A stretch of DNA of 64,000 bases, taken from contig CAXXVD010000002.1 of assembly GCA_963662335.2 (NCBI GenBank), positions 672,001 through 736,000 of the forward strand, written 5' to 3'. The notes under the pieces were generated by a model. That model was not told where the DNA came from, ran no database searches, and saw only the letters and a list, made by a program, of their open reading frames with translations. Shown piece after piece: positions 63,579 through 64,000 of the stretch. Source of the stretch: Chloroflexota bacterium (lineage in GTDB: Bacteria; Chloroflexota; UBA11872; VXOZ01). The first letter of the stretch is position 1. Each line of letters begins with the position of its first letter. A program made the position numbers and the translations under genes.

Positions 63579-64000
63579 CTATGCGTGGACGACGCCCGCC
63601 ACTGGGCTGCTGGGGCTGGCGAACTTCTGCTGCGCGATGCGTCCGGCCAGATAGGCCTTGCGGCCGGCCTCCACGCCCAGGCGGAAGCCTTCCGCCATGA
63701 GCGCCGGGTCTGCCGCGCGGGCGATGGCCGTGTTGATGAGCACGGCGTCGGCGCCGATTTCCAGCGAGAGCGCCGCTTCCGACGGCACGCCCAAGCCGGC
63801 GTCCACTACCACCGGCACGTTGGCCCGCTCGACGATGAGTTCGATCTCTTCCCGCGTAAAGATGCCCTGGCCGGAGCCGATCGGCGAACCGAGCGGCATC
63901 ACGGTGGCGCAGCCCACGTCTTCCAGGCGGCGCGCCAGAATCGGGTCGGCGTGGATGTAGGGCAGCACGACGAACCCGTCTTTCACCAGGGCCTCGGCGG
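63579..64000 (-). CDS. thiG: Thiazole synthase, 5' part outside window
   Basis: [32 protein letters not shown] and ASPSSP. Confidence 0.95.
   Translation of the reverse strand, partial: AEALVKDGFVVLPYIHADPILARRLEDVGCATVMPLGSPIGSGQGIFTREEIELIVERANVPVVVDAGLGVPSEAALSLEIGADAVLINTAIARAADPALMAEGFRLGVEAGRKAYLAGRIAQQKFASPSSPVAGVVHA

Overview
GC-rich bacterial chromosomal window, most consistent with a Chloroflexota genome and possibly a host-associated (for example sponge) lineage. That placement is inferred from gene content: a plant-type LRR protein, an ankyrin protein and many Tat-type solute-binding proteins. The core backbone has folP, mutS2, rsfS, nadD, purD, pyrG, ubiX, a TrmH methylase, thiG-thiE-thiS-thiO and two CAU-anticodon tRNAs. 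Four accessory blocks interrupt it. (1) An ~8 kb defence/TA island next to the tRNA-Met 3' end: a Type IIG/ISP-like RM fusion, a TIR protein, PIN modules and relics of earlier occupants. (2) A three-gene PIN cassette. (3) A tandem array of five DUF5678-like small proteins and three retropepsin-like aspartic proteases directly upstream of purD, which is the best candidate for an undescribed system. (4) A Panacea TA/HNH-membrane-protein islet. Intergenic DNA is dense with several families of palindromic REP-like repeats. These include a MITE with 7-bp target duplications nested inside another palindrome family at two loci, and two repeat units translated in frame inside the RM gene. No CRISPR array, integrase or transposase was seen. 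All family assignments come from motif recognition by eye, not database searches.
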